Below are positions 27,801-39,376 of a stretch of 64,000 nt of DNA, piece by piece (the stretch's first letter is position 1; each line of letters starts with the position of its first letter). The notes below the pieces were generated by a model. The model had not been told where the DNA came from. It searched no databases and saw nothing but the letters and a program-made list of their open reading frames with translations. The stretch spans positions 5,642,001-5,706,000 of the forward strand of contig OZ193910.1 of the NCBI GenBank assembly GCA_964276515.1. Reading direction: 5' to 3'. A program made the position numbers and the translations under genes. The DNA is from Gordius albopunctatus (lineage: Eukaryota).

Positions 27801-28765
27801 TATCACCCTTTTCATCCTGACCTTGTGGTTGATCCTAAAAAATTGTTTAATCAATATTTCAAGATTCCAACTTACCAAATGATCCATATTATGTGGCTCT
27901 ACAATCTTAGAAAATAAAGTATACTTGTCAAAATTGATGATTTTCTTTGTGTTGTATATTTCTTGTCGAGGTAACTTATTATCATCTTTTGTTTTGTCTT
28001 TAAGGTTAGTGTCATTAAGTTTATTATCATAAAATAACAAACTGATTATTATTTAAATTAAAATATAATAAATAACTTGTTAATATGTAGCTTAAATTCA
28101 ACTTTTTGTGGCCCATTTGATGTTTCAACAAAATATATATTTATATTTTTGATTATAATTTTGATCCTCAATAAAACTATAAAAAATTATAAAAGGTCTA
28201 TGTGTATTTACTAGTATCTAATGTATTTGCAAAGGCTTCTAGGCCTTCAAAATTTGTTTGCTCCATACCCATTTGATATGGAACCTCAGTTTTAAGATAA
28301 TCCTCAGCCAATCTAATACTATCTGACATGCTAAAAATGGAATTTTGATGGGAATCTGAATTTATAAGTAAAAAAATAGGAGATAATATACTTGTTTGTT
28401 TTTCCTTTGTACAAACATACAAATCTACATCAGTAATTTCAATTACTGAAATATCTGTCAAGAGTGAAGACCAAGGAATGGTAAATTGCACTGTTTTAAT
28501 AAATCCATTTAAAATTTCTATCGGCAATGATAATTCAGACAAAATACTAGTCAAATTCTAAAATGCAATACTTGAGAATCTTTATTAGAGGTATTACTTC
28601 TGAATGGAGATTAACATCCCTTATTGAGCTTTTGCCTTGTCCTAAATTAATATCCAATTGATCCAAAAGAAGCTTATCCAAAAAATAAAAGCCAAAATAT
28701 CTATTCAAAAGATATCTATAAGCCTTTAATTTTAGCGAGTCAGACCAGGGAAAATACCAAGGCAT
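3827..28765 (-). CDS. ATG2: Autophagy-related protein 2 (lipid transfer protein), multi-exon. First exon 28765-28598, last exon 4063-3827; internal exons only partly resolved
   Basis: N-terminus MPWYFPWSDSLKLKAYRYLLNRYFG...|NLTSILSELSLPIEILNGFIKTVQFTIPWSSLL is Chorein_N-like. Internal motifs are RLLNDLLMWTP, CCDSCIALQNVLTYYALEGDL and VWELYGGHDF. The C-terminal region reads QGIKDLVYLPIEQYKKDRRIIKGLKRGASSF and KPIVATAQATSTLLGGVKHQFVPEARKRALDKWK. All follow the order known for metazoan ATG2A/B. Confidence 0.95.
5273..5360. mobile_element. Short hAT-type MITE (CATGGGCGTAGCCAG terminal family) in an ATG2 intron
   Basis: Ends CACGGGCGTACGTAGCCAG ... CTGGCTACGCCTATG; imperfect 8-bp flanks aaaatatt/aaaatagg. 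Confidence 0.65.
13595..14550 (-). mobile_element. DINE-1/HINE-like element, interrupted, in an ATG2 intron
   Basis: Family 5' end on the minus strand at ~14550 (AATTGCTATGCAATTTATGGGCTC followed by (GTCC)n repeats at 14501-14516). 3' subterminal IR and purine-rich tail at 13605-13690. Internal TTGGCCAATGGTCA repeats are shared with the other copies. Confidence 0.7.
14696..14854. mobile_element. Short hAT-type MITE (same family as 5273, 26201, 58325)
   Basis: ATGAGCGTAGCCAG ... CCGGCTAGGCCCATG inverted ends with G/C tracts. Confidence 0.65.
17053..17158. repeat. Left copy of ~106-bp target-site duplication of the CRE element
   Basis: Identical to 20398-20503 on base-by-base comparison; the first two As are ambiguous with the poly(A) tail. 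Confidence 0.95.
17159..20399 (+). mobile_element. CRE-clade (R2-group) non-LTR retrotransposon, apparently full length, antisense to ATG2
   Basis: AT-rich 5' UTR, a single ORF (broken), AATAAA at ~20369, poly(A) at 20387-20399, and a long flanking direct repeat. Confidence 0.9.
17444..20294 (+). pseudogene. CRE ORF: N-terminal zinc finger, reverse transcriptase and restriction-like endonuclease. Frameshifts at ~18318 (probable small deletion) and ~20140 (T homopolymer)
   Basis: Zn finger CPLCHR..QHGP..CPSSG. RT motifs RPIAIGGVFRRIISK, KLDFKNAFN, EGIQQGDPLGP and WYLDD. C-terminal CxxC..HPLHC, RHQKIN, RPDG, WDYT, AEHRKSLKY and LRQSIAIAIAKSN are typical of CRE-clade RLE elements. Confidence 0.9.
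20398..20503. repeat. Right copy of ~106-bp target-site duplication; abuts the predicted ATG2 donor (G|GT, GT at 20504-20503)
   Basis: Identical to 17053-17158. Confidence 0.95.
22490..22780 (+). mobile_element. Degenerate 3' fragment of RTE LINE in an ATG2 intron
   Basis: Aligns by eye to 50550-50825 (GHILRR..EVPGKRGKGR.RVTWK). Confidence 0.8.
26201..26358. mobile_element. Short hAT-type MITE
   Basis: CATCGGCGCAGCCAG ... CCGGTTACGCTCATG; 8-bp flanks accagacc/accaaacc (7/8 match). Confidence 0.75.
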
Positions 28766-29649
28766 TTACAAACTTATTATCAGCCAAACTTTACCGTCTT
28801 TGAATTAACATAAAATCATCTGATATACAGCTGATTTAAATGATAAAGGGATTTTCGTAACTATCTTGTCATGGCCTTCAAATCGAAAGCTGTTATATTT
28901 AATATAATATTGTAGGACTTTTGATCTCAGTTATAACAATAGATTAATTCAAATAAACGGGGATCAATTCTATGCCTTTTAATGAAGAATTGGTGAATAA
29001 TTGAATGTTTTGACGGCATTGCATATACCATAACAACGCATTTGTCAATCTATTTTACGATTCCTAAAGTTAATTAGATTTTTAAAAAGTTTGTAAAATG
29101 CTCAGAGTATGTCAATAAATCAAAAAAATTAATAGGAAACTTTTATTTATCAAATAGTTATACAATTTATTTTTAATTTCTTGAGCTAAGGGGCCTAATG
29201 GGTGTTGATGAAAACGTTTAAAAAGAGAATCTCACATTGTTGGACAAATACATTTAGGAATGCTACGATCTGAAAGGTAATAAATATGAAAGAGTGTACG
29301 GTCCTTTCGGCCCAAAACTTATTTTTTATCAAAAAACATTCACTAACTTGTATAATGAGGTATTCCAGCAAATTGATAAAAATATAAATTTAAATCAAGA
29401 TCAATGTTTATTTAAAAACTTGTTCGCCTATATAAATTTTATCTAAGTTGCAATGGATCTGTTAGATTAAACACCCGTTGAATGTCAAAATTCTTTTTTC
29501 TGCAATTGTTTGCATAGTAAGGAAGTATAGCCAAAAACTTTATCAAGATATGAAAGAGAAGCCAAGTATTCAGATTGCCGAACAGATATACCCCTATACT
29601 TTATAAAATTGCCACTTACTATGTGTGGGAAGGCCAGGTAATCTTTATT

Positions 29650-30240
29650 TATCCAAAAGTAGACAGGTTTACACAAGAGGGAAGTTGCACAACAGAAACC
29701 AATGTCCGGATTTAAAAAGGAGGGCTTTGGCGAAGTATATCCAGTGTAATGTGCGACAAGAAAATATCGATATCAAAGCTTACAAATCCATGGTAAGACG
29801 TGTTGATCTATGGAAGCAAAACATGGCCATTAAACACCGCGGAAGAAAAGCTATTAGAAAAGCCACAGAGATGAGAATGATACGTTGGAGCTTGGCGTAT
29901 ACTAAGCTCGACCATATGAAGAATGACTTTCTCATGACAAAAATGTGTATTTAACCTAAGGCGGACATGATTGCCGAAAATAGGTTAAGGTTGTACGGGG
30001 ACAAGTATGACGTAAATTGAAAAGTACTCGACATGGAGGTACCGGGAAAAAGAGGAAGACAAATTATGTAAATTGAAAATTACTATACATAGGTACCGAA
30101 CGATCTAGTGTCACGTAAAAAGGCAAGTTGACAAAGTTATGAAAACAAAAGACATTGTTCAAGACATGGCACTCATCCGGTCAAGATAGAAGCAAATCTT
30201 ACGACTGTGGTACCTGCTTTATAAGGAAGAAGAAAAATAA
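29650..30240 (+). mobile_element. Degenerate 3' fragment of RTE LINE upstream of ATG2
   Basis: KATEMRMIRWSLAYTKLDHMKNDFLMTKM matches the RTE at 47778-50828; GAA-rich tail. Confidence 0.85.
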
Positions 30241-31635
30241 CATCTTAATAAAACTTAATATTTATGTTAAACGGTGGACGGCATGAGGATATTTTTTGTC
30301 TTAATGCCACCTAGGTCTATCAATCTTAAATATTGTTACTATTTGGAACTTATGAATAAGTGAATGAGATTGTTAAAATAGGGATGGGTAAAGGGTTCCA
30401 AAATTCAAAGAAGGGGGCCCATTACAAAGGACAAAATAACAAAGCTGGGGAATAGATCATTTATAGAAATTACTATGATTATTCGGGATGGCGAAGCATA
30501 AATATATCTACTTAGGAGGTTGGAGGTAAAAATGATGTTTCTTTAATCATAAATGTTTATAAAGATCGTGCTACCAATATAATGTTCGGACTACCAATAT
30601 AAATCCTGGTTTATTGTCAAAAACAAATACAATTAATTTAACAAATCAATAAGATAATGATATTCTGAATATAAAGATAGATGTAGGACGATGACGAAGG
30701 GAGATATCCGTGCATCAAATAGGCTGGGTCGGGTGATGTATAAGGATCAATGAACGTATTGGGTGAGGGGGACGTTAGGTTCTTCGCTTATACTGCCGCT
30801 GGGCCAACGTGTTCTAAAGATGAAAAATAAACATAACCCCCCTATCATGGTAAAATCCCGCTATTTAAACCCTGTCGATGCACTTCTCAATTTGCATGAG
30901 GGATGCCAACAGGTCGACGTACTACACATCTCCACTAATATGAGGCATGTCTTTTACATATTCGTCTGCTTCTAATTAATGCCCATTTATTCACATAAAT
31001 AATTTTAGTTGGCAAGATACGACACGCTATCCTTCCTAGCTCATTTGCGTAAGCGCATCTGCGTAGGTTCGTCTGCGTAAATTAAACCACTTAACCACAA
31101 CTACAGCAATGTTATTGGGGAAGAGGGTCATAAACGTAGAAAATTATGGCAGTCCCACTTATTTATAAGGTCCCATCTCGGTAAATATATATGTGAGAAT
31201 TTAATCCACATAATCCCGTTTTAAATACTTAATTCTATTTGGTCGATTCGGATATCTTTTTAGTCGGGGTTTATGAAAGTCTTTTAAAATTGTTATATCC
31301 GGCATTATTTGTGCGAATGAGGCGATTTCCATATTATCATGGACATGCAGAGGTTGAGAATTTAGGAGACTTGTGCTATATGAAATTCGTTTTTTCGCCA
31401 TTATAATATATTACAATGAGGTAGTGGACATAAGAACCATAAGTTCTGTTAATTATTATTCCCGAGTAAAACAACCGGTAAATTATTTTTAGCGTTTAAT
31501 TTATATTTAGTTTTTTTATAGAATTACATAAGGGTTTCCAATTTTGGCGCAAATGAAATGTACTAGGGGGGCTCTGTTCTTCAAGAATTGAAGTTGTTGT
31601 TTTTGGAATACTGTTCACTATTCCAAACTCTAAGG

Positions 31636-32484
31636 TAGAGGTGAGATTTGTTTGGAATTTTCTGTCGGAACCCGGCCCGATTCAATTTTTTAACTTCATT
31701 GCCCGCCTGAACTCTTCTAAGTGTCCGCTCGGCCATGCCCGAACCATTAGAGCTGCCCGTCCTGATTAATAAAATTTTAAATCTAATTAAGAGTTAAGAT
31801 CAAGCACGATATTTTATATAATAAAAAGATTTAAAATATAAAGCTTAAAAACCAATGGACATGTACAGCATTTGCTTAAACTTGGAACGGACAAATAAAA
31901 TCTCCTAAATTAATGCAAAAAAATTTGCCCAGAGTTTTTTTAAATATTATATCATCGCTGGCAAAACCAATCATAGGTCACACAATTTTAATTGATAAAT
32001 AAAAAATTATTTAAATTAGTATTACTTACTTTTATAAAAAAATTTTATTTGAAGCAAAAAAAAGAATGGTTGTGAATTATTTATGTATTATAAAAATAAT
32101 TAGGAATCAAAAAGGCTGAACGAAATTTTATTTGTTACAAAAAATTAATGAATTAGAAACACTTATACGCGCATACATTGTGTGAAAATGGCATGACGTC
32201 TCTGTTTTAAGCCTAGACGGCACACATGTGTATTGCAAACAATGAAATGGCTACATAAATATAAATAATTCAATACTCCATAAACGTAGCTAGAGATCTG
32301 AAAGAAATGGACTGTGGCAAAGATTTAGCATGGGCGGTGGCAGCATTCGCGAACGCGATATACAATCTAATAAAAAAGTAAGAAGATAACTTACTAGGAT
32401 TTATGTAGAATCTTATCAGCATGCCCACCCAAAAATTAAAATTTAAGACAGTTGCCCGGCCCGGCCGGGCATTTCTGGTCTCTG
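31636..32484. mobile_element. ~850-bp non-autonomous TIR element (probably hAT-like) with GCCCG subterminal repeats; uninterrupted copy of the family split at 47013-54747
   Basis: Ends TAGAGGTGAGATTTG / CATTTCTGGTCTCTG. The body is the reverse complement of 47013-47505 joined to 54224-54747. No TSD found. Confidence 0.75.
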
Positions 32485-32719
32485 ATTTATATCCCCATTA
32501 ATCGCGGGTGAAGAATACATTCGACATTTTCCATATATAGTTTCTCGGGTATGTATTTGCAGATTATTCCTTTTAATCTACCATCGCACGGTTTTATGCG
32601 GTTATATATGCGTAAGAGGTAAGACTAAAATTATATTTAATATTTTTGGTTAAATCATTTATTAATGGATATCAATAAAAATGATTTTATTAATGTTTGA
32701 AATTAAAATATTACGGGTT

Positions 32720-34200
32720 CAATAATATTTCTAAGAAGATAATAATAACCCCTTTCAGGAGTGCCGTAATTAAATTAAAAATACCCTCTAATTAGCGCTA
32801 TCCATAAGCAATTTTATTTAGAAACTAATTTGACTATATATATCCCTATCTTTTTTAGCATGCTACTCAAAAATGATAACAGACATAACGTTTTCGATGT
32901 TATTAAAGCTCATAAGTATGCCATATTTTCTAGTCACATTCTAAGCGAGATAGGTATATATAAGACTCAAATTAGATACAACTTATTCTTATGCTAGTTA
33001 AGGAATAACCCTCATAATTATGGTGGATAATTTCACAGCTCTACAAATATTGACCTTGTGATTACATCCTGCAATCAGACGAATAATTCTGATGGAGAAT
33101 TTTGCGCTTAAAAATAATATGTTTTTAGTTTTTCCCACAATTACCAGTTTTTTAAATATACGAGGTTGAAGGTGCCAAAAATGTCCTTTTAAGCCTTTTT
33201 GAGGCTATATTGCCAGGGTATTTTTAATATTTAGTGGAAAATAGTATTAAATTTATGTAGATTAAAGTTTAATCTATAGGCCCATTAATTAATTTTTTTG
33301 TTACACCTCTATATTTAAATTTATTCGCGTTTTTGTAAACCCCTTCCCCTTATCAAAATTCGTCCCACTATGTCTGGAAAAAGGAGTACATTAGAGATCA
33401 TACTACATACGCGCTGTTTACTAACACATCTCTCTTTCTCCATCTCTTCAATCCCACCCCACATCTATCCAAGCACACGTGAAGGGGGTGGGAATGGAAG
33501 ATAAAGAGAGATTAGGTGAAGGGAGAGAGATATGTGTTAGTAAACATCGCGTACGCAGTATGAACCTAATGTACTGCGTTTACCAGACATCGTAGGACGA
33601 ATTTTGATAAGGATAAGGGGTTTACGCAAACGCTTATAGATTTAAGTGTAGGGGTGATATAATATAAAGAATAAAAGAATAGATCTATAGATGGCACTTT
33701 AATGTACATATATATTACTATTTTTCACTAAATATTAAACATTTTGTGGCAACTTAAAAGGGGCTTTTTTGGCACCTTCAACCTCGTATATCTAAAAAAC
33801 TGGTAATTGTCGGAAAAAACTAAAAACTTATTATTTTTCAACGCGAAATTCTCTATCAGAAAATGGGCAAGATTGCAGGTTGTTTTTTAATAGACCTGTG
33901 TAATTATTTTGTTATATTATATTTGAATAAATTGAGGGCTTAATAATATTTTTACGAAGAAAATAATAACCCCTTTCAGGAGAGCCGCAATTAAATGAAA
34001 AGTAGCCTCAAATTAGCGTCACCTATAGGCAATTATAATAATTAGAAGCTAATTCGATATACCCCTATTAATTGCTATGCAATTTATGGGCTAGTTTTTT
34101 GTTTTCCGTTACCTGATGTCTGATGTCTACCAAGTTATTTACACCAGCTTCCTGACCTGGAGTCTTTTTTAGCACGTGTCTCGAAAATGATAATCGTCTT
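32720..34200. repeat. Diverged ~170-bp direct repeat pair (32720-32880 and 33940-34200); the second copy contains a HINE 5' fragment (~34070-34163)
   Basis: Shared AATAATAACCCCTTTCAGGAG.GCCG.AATTAAAT...AATTAGCG...TTTTTAGCA...AAAATGATAA. Confidence 0.65.
33034..33900. mobile_element. Foldback/palindromic MITE (~870 bp; nearly the whole element is an imperfect hairpin)
   Basis: CACAG(G)TCTA ... TAGACCTGTG ends. Long arms include CGAGGTTGAAGGTGCCAAAA / TTTTGGCACCTTCAACCTCG, with the centre near 33478. A second partial copy lies at 54795-55340. Confidence 0.85.
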
Positions 34201-34339
34201 TGTTAAGAAAAACTCAAGTTGGCTCAAAATAAATTTTGATGTCCTCACTTAGCCACTGCTCATATTTACTTCATATGGTACACAAAAAGATCAAAGGGAC
34301 TGGCAACAGCGTAAACTACGGAGCTTGAAACATTCGCAC

Positions 34340-35131
34340 TAGGGGTGGGCGCGGGGCGTGAAATTACGCTGTGAAGAAATTTTAAATTATTAGGCGTGAC
34401 GGGCCTTTCAAAAATTTTCCCCGTGCGTGAGTGGGCGTGAACACAAATTTCCATAAATCACGGAAATTTTAATTTTTAAAATTGTTCTTTATTAATTTAA
34501 ATTTGCAGATTTATAATTTTAATATATATATATATTATTTAATTTAGTTTTTTTAAAAAAAGGTTAGTTTTTGAAAACAAAAAATCTTTCGCATTTTATA
34601 AACAACAACCGAGTGAACCTATTTTTACTTTTGCTAGCTTTTTCTTTTAAAATTTATATGTTCAAATTCAAATCAAATTTATCAACAAGCTTATTTACAT
34701 GCATATAGTGATCTTCTTTCAAGTATTTTATTATATATATTATTTTACAATGAAAATGTAATTCTTCGCATTAAATCATAAATTTTAGTATTTACAAATG
34801 TCATTGAAGTTTTTACTTTTTATTATTTGTAATGAATGCTTTAATGTAATGTATGAGTAGTGAAGGAGTAGATTATATTTATTTTTTGTTATGGAATTAT
34901 AGAAATAAATAGAATAAATTCAAAAAAGTGTATAATTATAGGTTACCAATTTTGAAAAATTTAAAAACACCGTGAATTTTCTGGCGTGACGTGCGTGAAT
35001 CAAAATATTGCCTTTCGTGAGCGGGCGGGTCGAAAAATTTTTAGAGGTAAGCGTGACTGGGCGTGAATTTTTTTAATACCACCGTGAGTGGGCGGGCCGT
35101 GAATAAAAAATTAGGCCCGCGCCCACCTCTA
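34340..35131. mobile_element. hAT-superfamily non-autonomous element (792 bp) with perfect 8-bp TSD
   Basis: TIR TAGGGGTGGGCGCGGG / CCCGCGCCCACCTCTA; TSD ATTCGCAC at 34332-34339 and 35132-35139; subterminal GCGTGA repeats. Confidence 0.9.
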
Positions 35132-35799
35132 ATTCGCACTATTTACACAAATCAATCAAATTAGGGCATAATCCAATACTACTAATGGCTATCATAATAC
35201 CTTTAAGATTTTAGTTCTTTGAGGTTTAAATCTATTTTTTTTATCCAGATGACGTTTTTTAAAGAGTTAAAGACATGTATAATTAGATTTAATTGTATAA
35301 TAAATTGAGCGCTCATACATAAAGTTCTATAGGAGTTACACTGTTGATATGTTAAAAATAATATATATAATAGTGGTGGGATTTAATTAAAAAAGAAAAA
35401 ATAGGTTATTTTTACGTGCATAATAGTGAACACTAAAAATTAGTTTAACTTATTAAATGATCAAACCAACACAATACCTCAATTTTTTGGACTTTTATTA
35501 TAATTAAAGGACAGCAAAATTGTACAAAGCAACACACATCGGGGGTATTTAACTTTAATTAGCGAAATGAAGCCATAATATTAACAATTATAAATAGTTC
35601 ATGATAAAAGATAATTTAACTAAAATAATTTAAGGCGATTCGTTTATTAAGTTGTTCAAAGAGAATGTTAAGTTGGTCAATGAAAGGAGTAGCTGACTGC
35701 GGATTGCAATGGATGGATGTGTGTGTATACTATAAAAACTGGTTTCCGTTATTTAACCATTAGATTCCCTGATTTAATGATTCTTTACAAATCTGTTCT

Positions 35800-38700
35800 T
35801 TAAATCCCAGATCTCAGAGACTCTAAAATATTTGTGAGGTGGCTCACTTGAGCCTATTACAATACAGATATTAATAATGATAATAACGAAATTAATATTG
35901 ACACAAATGCGTCTTTAAATACTTTGGCGTGCTTCATTTGTAGTTCGGCAAGTTCTACTAAATTTTTTTTGAAGGCACCGATCCTGCGTTCCTTAAAATC
36001 CTTAAGTTCTAAAGAAGAAATAAAACGAATAACACCAACAAGATATAAGAATAATCCAAATTTTAGTATTTTACCAATTTTCCCTAGTTCAGAAAGTTTC
36101 TGGAATTTTTCCTTAGCCGCTGCCTGTTCAGCCTCGGCCTGAATAAATTGGCAAAAAATATATATTTGATTAAAATTTAGAGTGTTGAATAAAAAATTCG
36201 AATAAACGTTAACGACTTTAGTTTAAAATTATCTAAAATACCTGAACTACCTCTTTACCCTTGACCCTGGCTTTTTCCAGGTTACGATTGGCAGTTTCAA
36301 AGTCGGACAGACTCCTCAGACGCCTAAATAATAGGTTCTACCCCGAAAATAACCACAATAAAGTTAATGATAAATAGGTGTAAAAAAATGAAAAAAAGTC
36401 CATATCTTTTGAACTTTCCTAAGACCTCGTATCAAAAATAATTTATGGTTCAAAACTTGAAAGGTTTCTAAATGGGACTAGAATGATACTGAAGTCATAT
36501 TTTTGCGATTTGTAAATTTTTTGCTGTATCTGTTATTTTTTTATATATATTTTAAAAATAGCGGTCTTTTGATAAGGGTTTGCTACGGTAATGTGTGTTA
36601 AAGCCCGGATAGCTTAAGGACTACCAGTTTAAGTAAAATAACCCCTCGACATAAAAATAAAATAAAGCAATATTAAATCTAAATATTTTTCGTGTTTTAT
36701 AATAAGGATGTTGTTTACTAATATTAAAAAGCGATCGATTAGGTCAATTTAAAAAAAATAAACTTTTTAATAAAAAAAAAAAAATTTAAAAAAATATTTA
36801 GGGTTGCGCTGGCGGGGTTATTCGATTGAGTGCAACAAAGCTTTAACGCTTTATAAAATTCGTGATTTTTTGTTATTGAAATGTGGGCATCCGTAAAAAT
36901 TAAGAGAGCGTTCATTCATTACTTTAGCTTCGGTAGAATCTTGATGAAAATAACGTAAAACATCGCCCAACTTCAAGTCGTTGTCTGAGGTGATACGCGC
37001 CTCCGTTTTCTATAAAAAGAGTTTCTATATGACAAAATCCAAATTTAGAAATTACTTTGAGCCCATCGAAGCCGTCCCCGACTTTATGCATAAACCTAAA
37101 ATTTATCATGTAAAAAATATATCCAACTCATTTTTCCATTTAAAAAATAATGTAAATTAGAAGGCAATAATTATATTTGTCGAAAACGTTTTAATAGCTC
37201 CCCGATTACTCAGAATTCTATCATTATTAATTGTTTATCGATGGAGGAATGATATAAATAGTTTAGAAGACCCCATGTGACTCAAAATTTATATTCCTAG
37301 ATTTATCGGTCATCGAATTATTGCCATATAATTCTAAAACATGGCCACCAAAGTGATACTAAAGACTAATTTTAAATAGTTCCATGCGTGTTTGTAGTTT
37401 AAACGCCAATAAGAGGGGAATTCGAGAAATGTTGCTATATGAAAAGTTTTAAATTACGATTCTAGATGAGACGTTTCTACCGAACCTAAGGCATTTAAAT
37501 TTTGAGTAATTTTGGAATAATCTTCAGTAACATCTAAAAATAAAATACATTAAGGCAAGCTTCAAATTAGTTTAAAAGCGCGTTACTTTTGTCCAACTTA
37601 ACAACGCGTTCACATTTGGCCGAAGCATCTTTAATCTTTTGATTGTATTCTAGGAAAAAATGTTTTTGTTGGTCAAAGAATTCATCCACTTCCTAAAACA
37701 TGTAAAGTAACAAAATATGCAATAGGAATCAAATTAAACTAATAAATAATGGGATTACTTTATAATTTGACAATAATGTTTCATCCACTGTCATGGCCAC
37801 AGTTTTAATCAATGAATCAATCAACTCTTTCTTATTCTTCCCACGCACATTTAACTGAGAACATACAATAATTCATTGTCATTATATTTAATGAGATGGT
37901 TTATTATTAGAGAGTGACAGAGTATATCATCATAAAATATTTATATGTAAAATCTTACATCTTGGTCATACTCTAGAAAAACACGGAAGTTGTGGAAGTT
38001 TCTTAGCACTGGATGGGAGGCTAATCGGCACAAAAAGATTTCATGCAATGCCACTGTTTTTTTGAATGTAGCCAAATACTCTCTTTAAAAAATAGATTAG
38101 ATTAAAATATTTAAATGTATTAAACAATATCATTACAATATATAATTAAATACTAATATATGCAATTAAATATGATTAAAGTCATACAATTCAATATTTT
38201 GCAATATAAACACAACTTCCCCAAAAATTGTTTTGACACAAACTCACTATCTGGATCCAACTCAAAAGAAACGTTTTATTTTGTTAACATAACAACACCA
38301 TTTTACTAGATATTGAGAGCAAAAAAAAATTGACAACATTTATATCTCTAATAATATATCATTTTACTGATTTTATTAAATTTTGACTAAGGTCATAGAA
38401 TGTGAACAATTAATATTCATTCAAATTGTTGAGAGTAATTTTAAATTATTAACTCACGCCTCTAGTTCTTGCTTCATTTGAGCAAACTCTTCCTTGGTCA
38501 TGCTGCTTTCTCCTTCACCTAATTTTTGCAATTTTTCTCGTGATGATTCAAAATTTGGTTTGGGAGGTGTTGCTGGTATCTATTTAACATTAAATTTTTA
38601 GTTCAATTATTCACAATGTGTCCAGCATATTCTTGATTGTCCTCATAACAATTATGTAACCACACAAACTCTTCATGTTCACGCACTACAGAAAACTCAG

Positions 38701-38899
38701 GCTCCTGAAAATTTGGCAAGGAAGTCTGAAAAATGTATATCATTAAAAATATGTAATACCTTGGTATGTATGGTAAACTTAACTTTATCCTTTTCACTTA
38801 ATGCATCAGAAATATCAACAACAAGTGGATTTTCACTAAGATCAACAGTTTCCTGAGTCTATTTAGAATAATAAGTAATGTTTACAAACTTACAACCAT
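35800..38899 (-). CDS. SNX6: Sorting nexin 5/6 (PX-BAR). Exons 38899-38894, 38858-38760, 38725-38615, 38579-38458, 38082-37959, 37854-37759, 37692-37587, 37533-37458, 37095-37056, 37009-36923, 36337-36242, 36138-36075, 36008-35923, 35853-35800
   Basis: Spliced protein [44 protein letters not shown]...[52 protein letters not shown]...[29 protein letters not shown]. All introns are GT-AG and the frame is continuous. Confidence 0.95.
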
Positions 38900-39376
38900 A
38901 AATTTGATAAGCCAGTGGATCTACTAATTACATATGGTAAAACAGCTGTTTGTTTTTATTCTCCGGCCTCATATCCAAATAAAACTATGGAACCATTTTC
39001 GTAATAATACCTTCATACCTACCCCATTTTCATATCCAAATATTATTCATTGAAGGCTTTAAAAATTTAGTTGAGAATGGATGCGCAACATTCTAGCATG
39101 TATGCGCGTAAAAATGCATTTTTAATAATAAAAATCTGCAAATAAAGACGAAATCACAGAAGAATCAAATACAAATTCCAAGATATTTTTCCCAGCTCCT
39201 ATGGTATAATAAATAGCATCTGGCTTAAACATAATAACCTTGAACCCAAGAATTATAGATATGTGACTTTTATAGTTATCATATATATAAAACTCATTTT
39301 TCCCTACTCACCCACCCCCCTTCGCTAAATAATAAAATTCTTTTATTTAACGATAATTTATTGTTATAACAATAAC

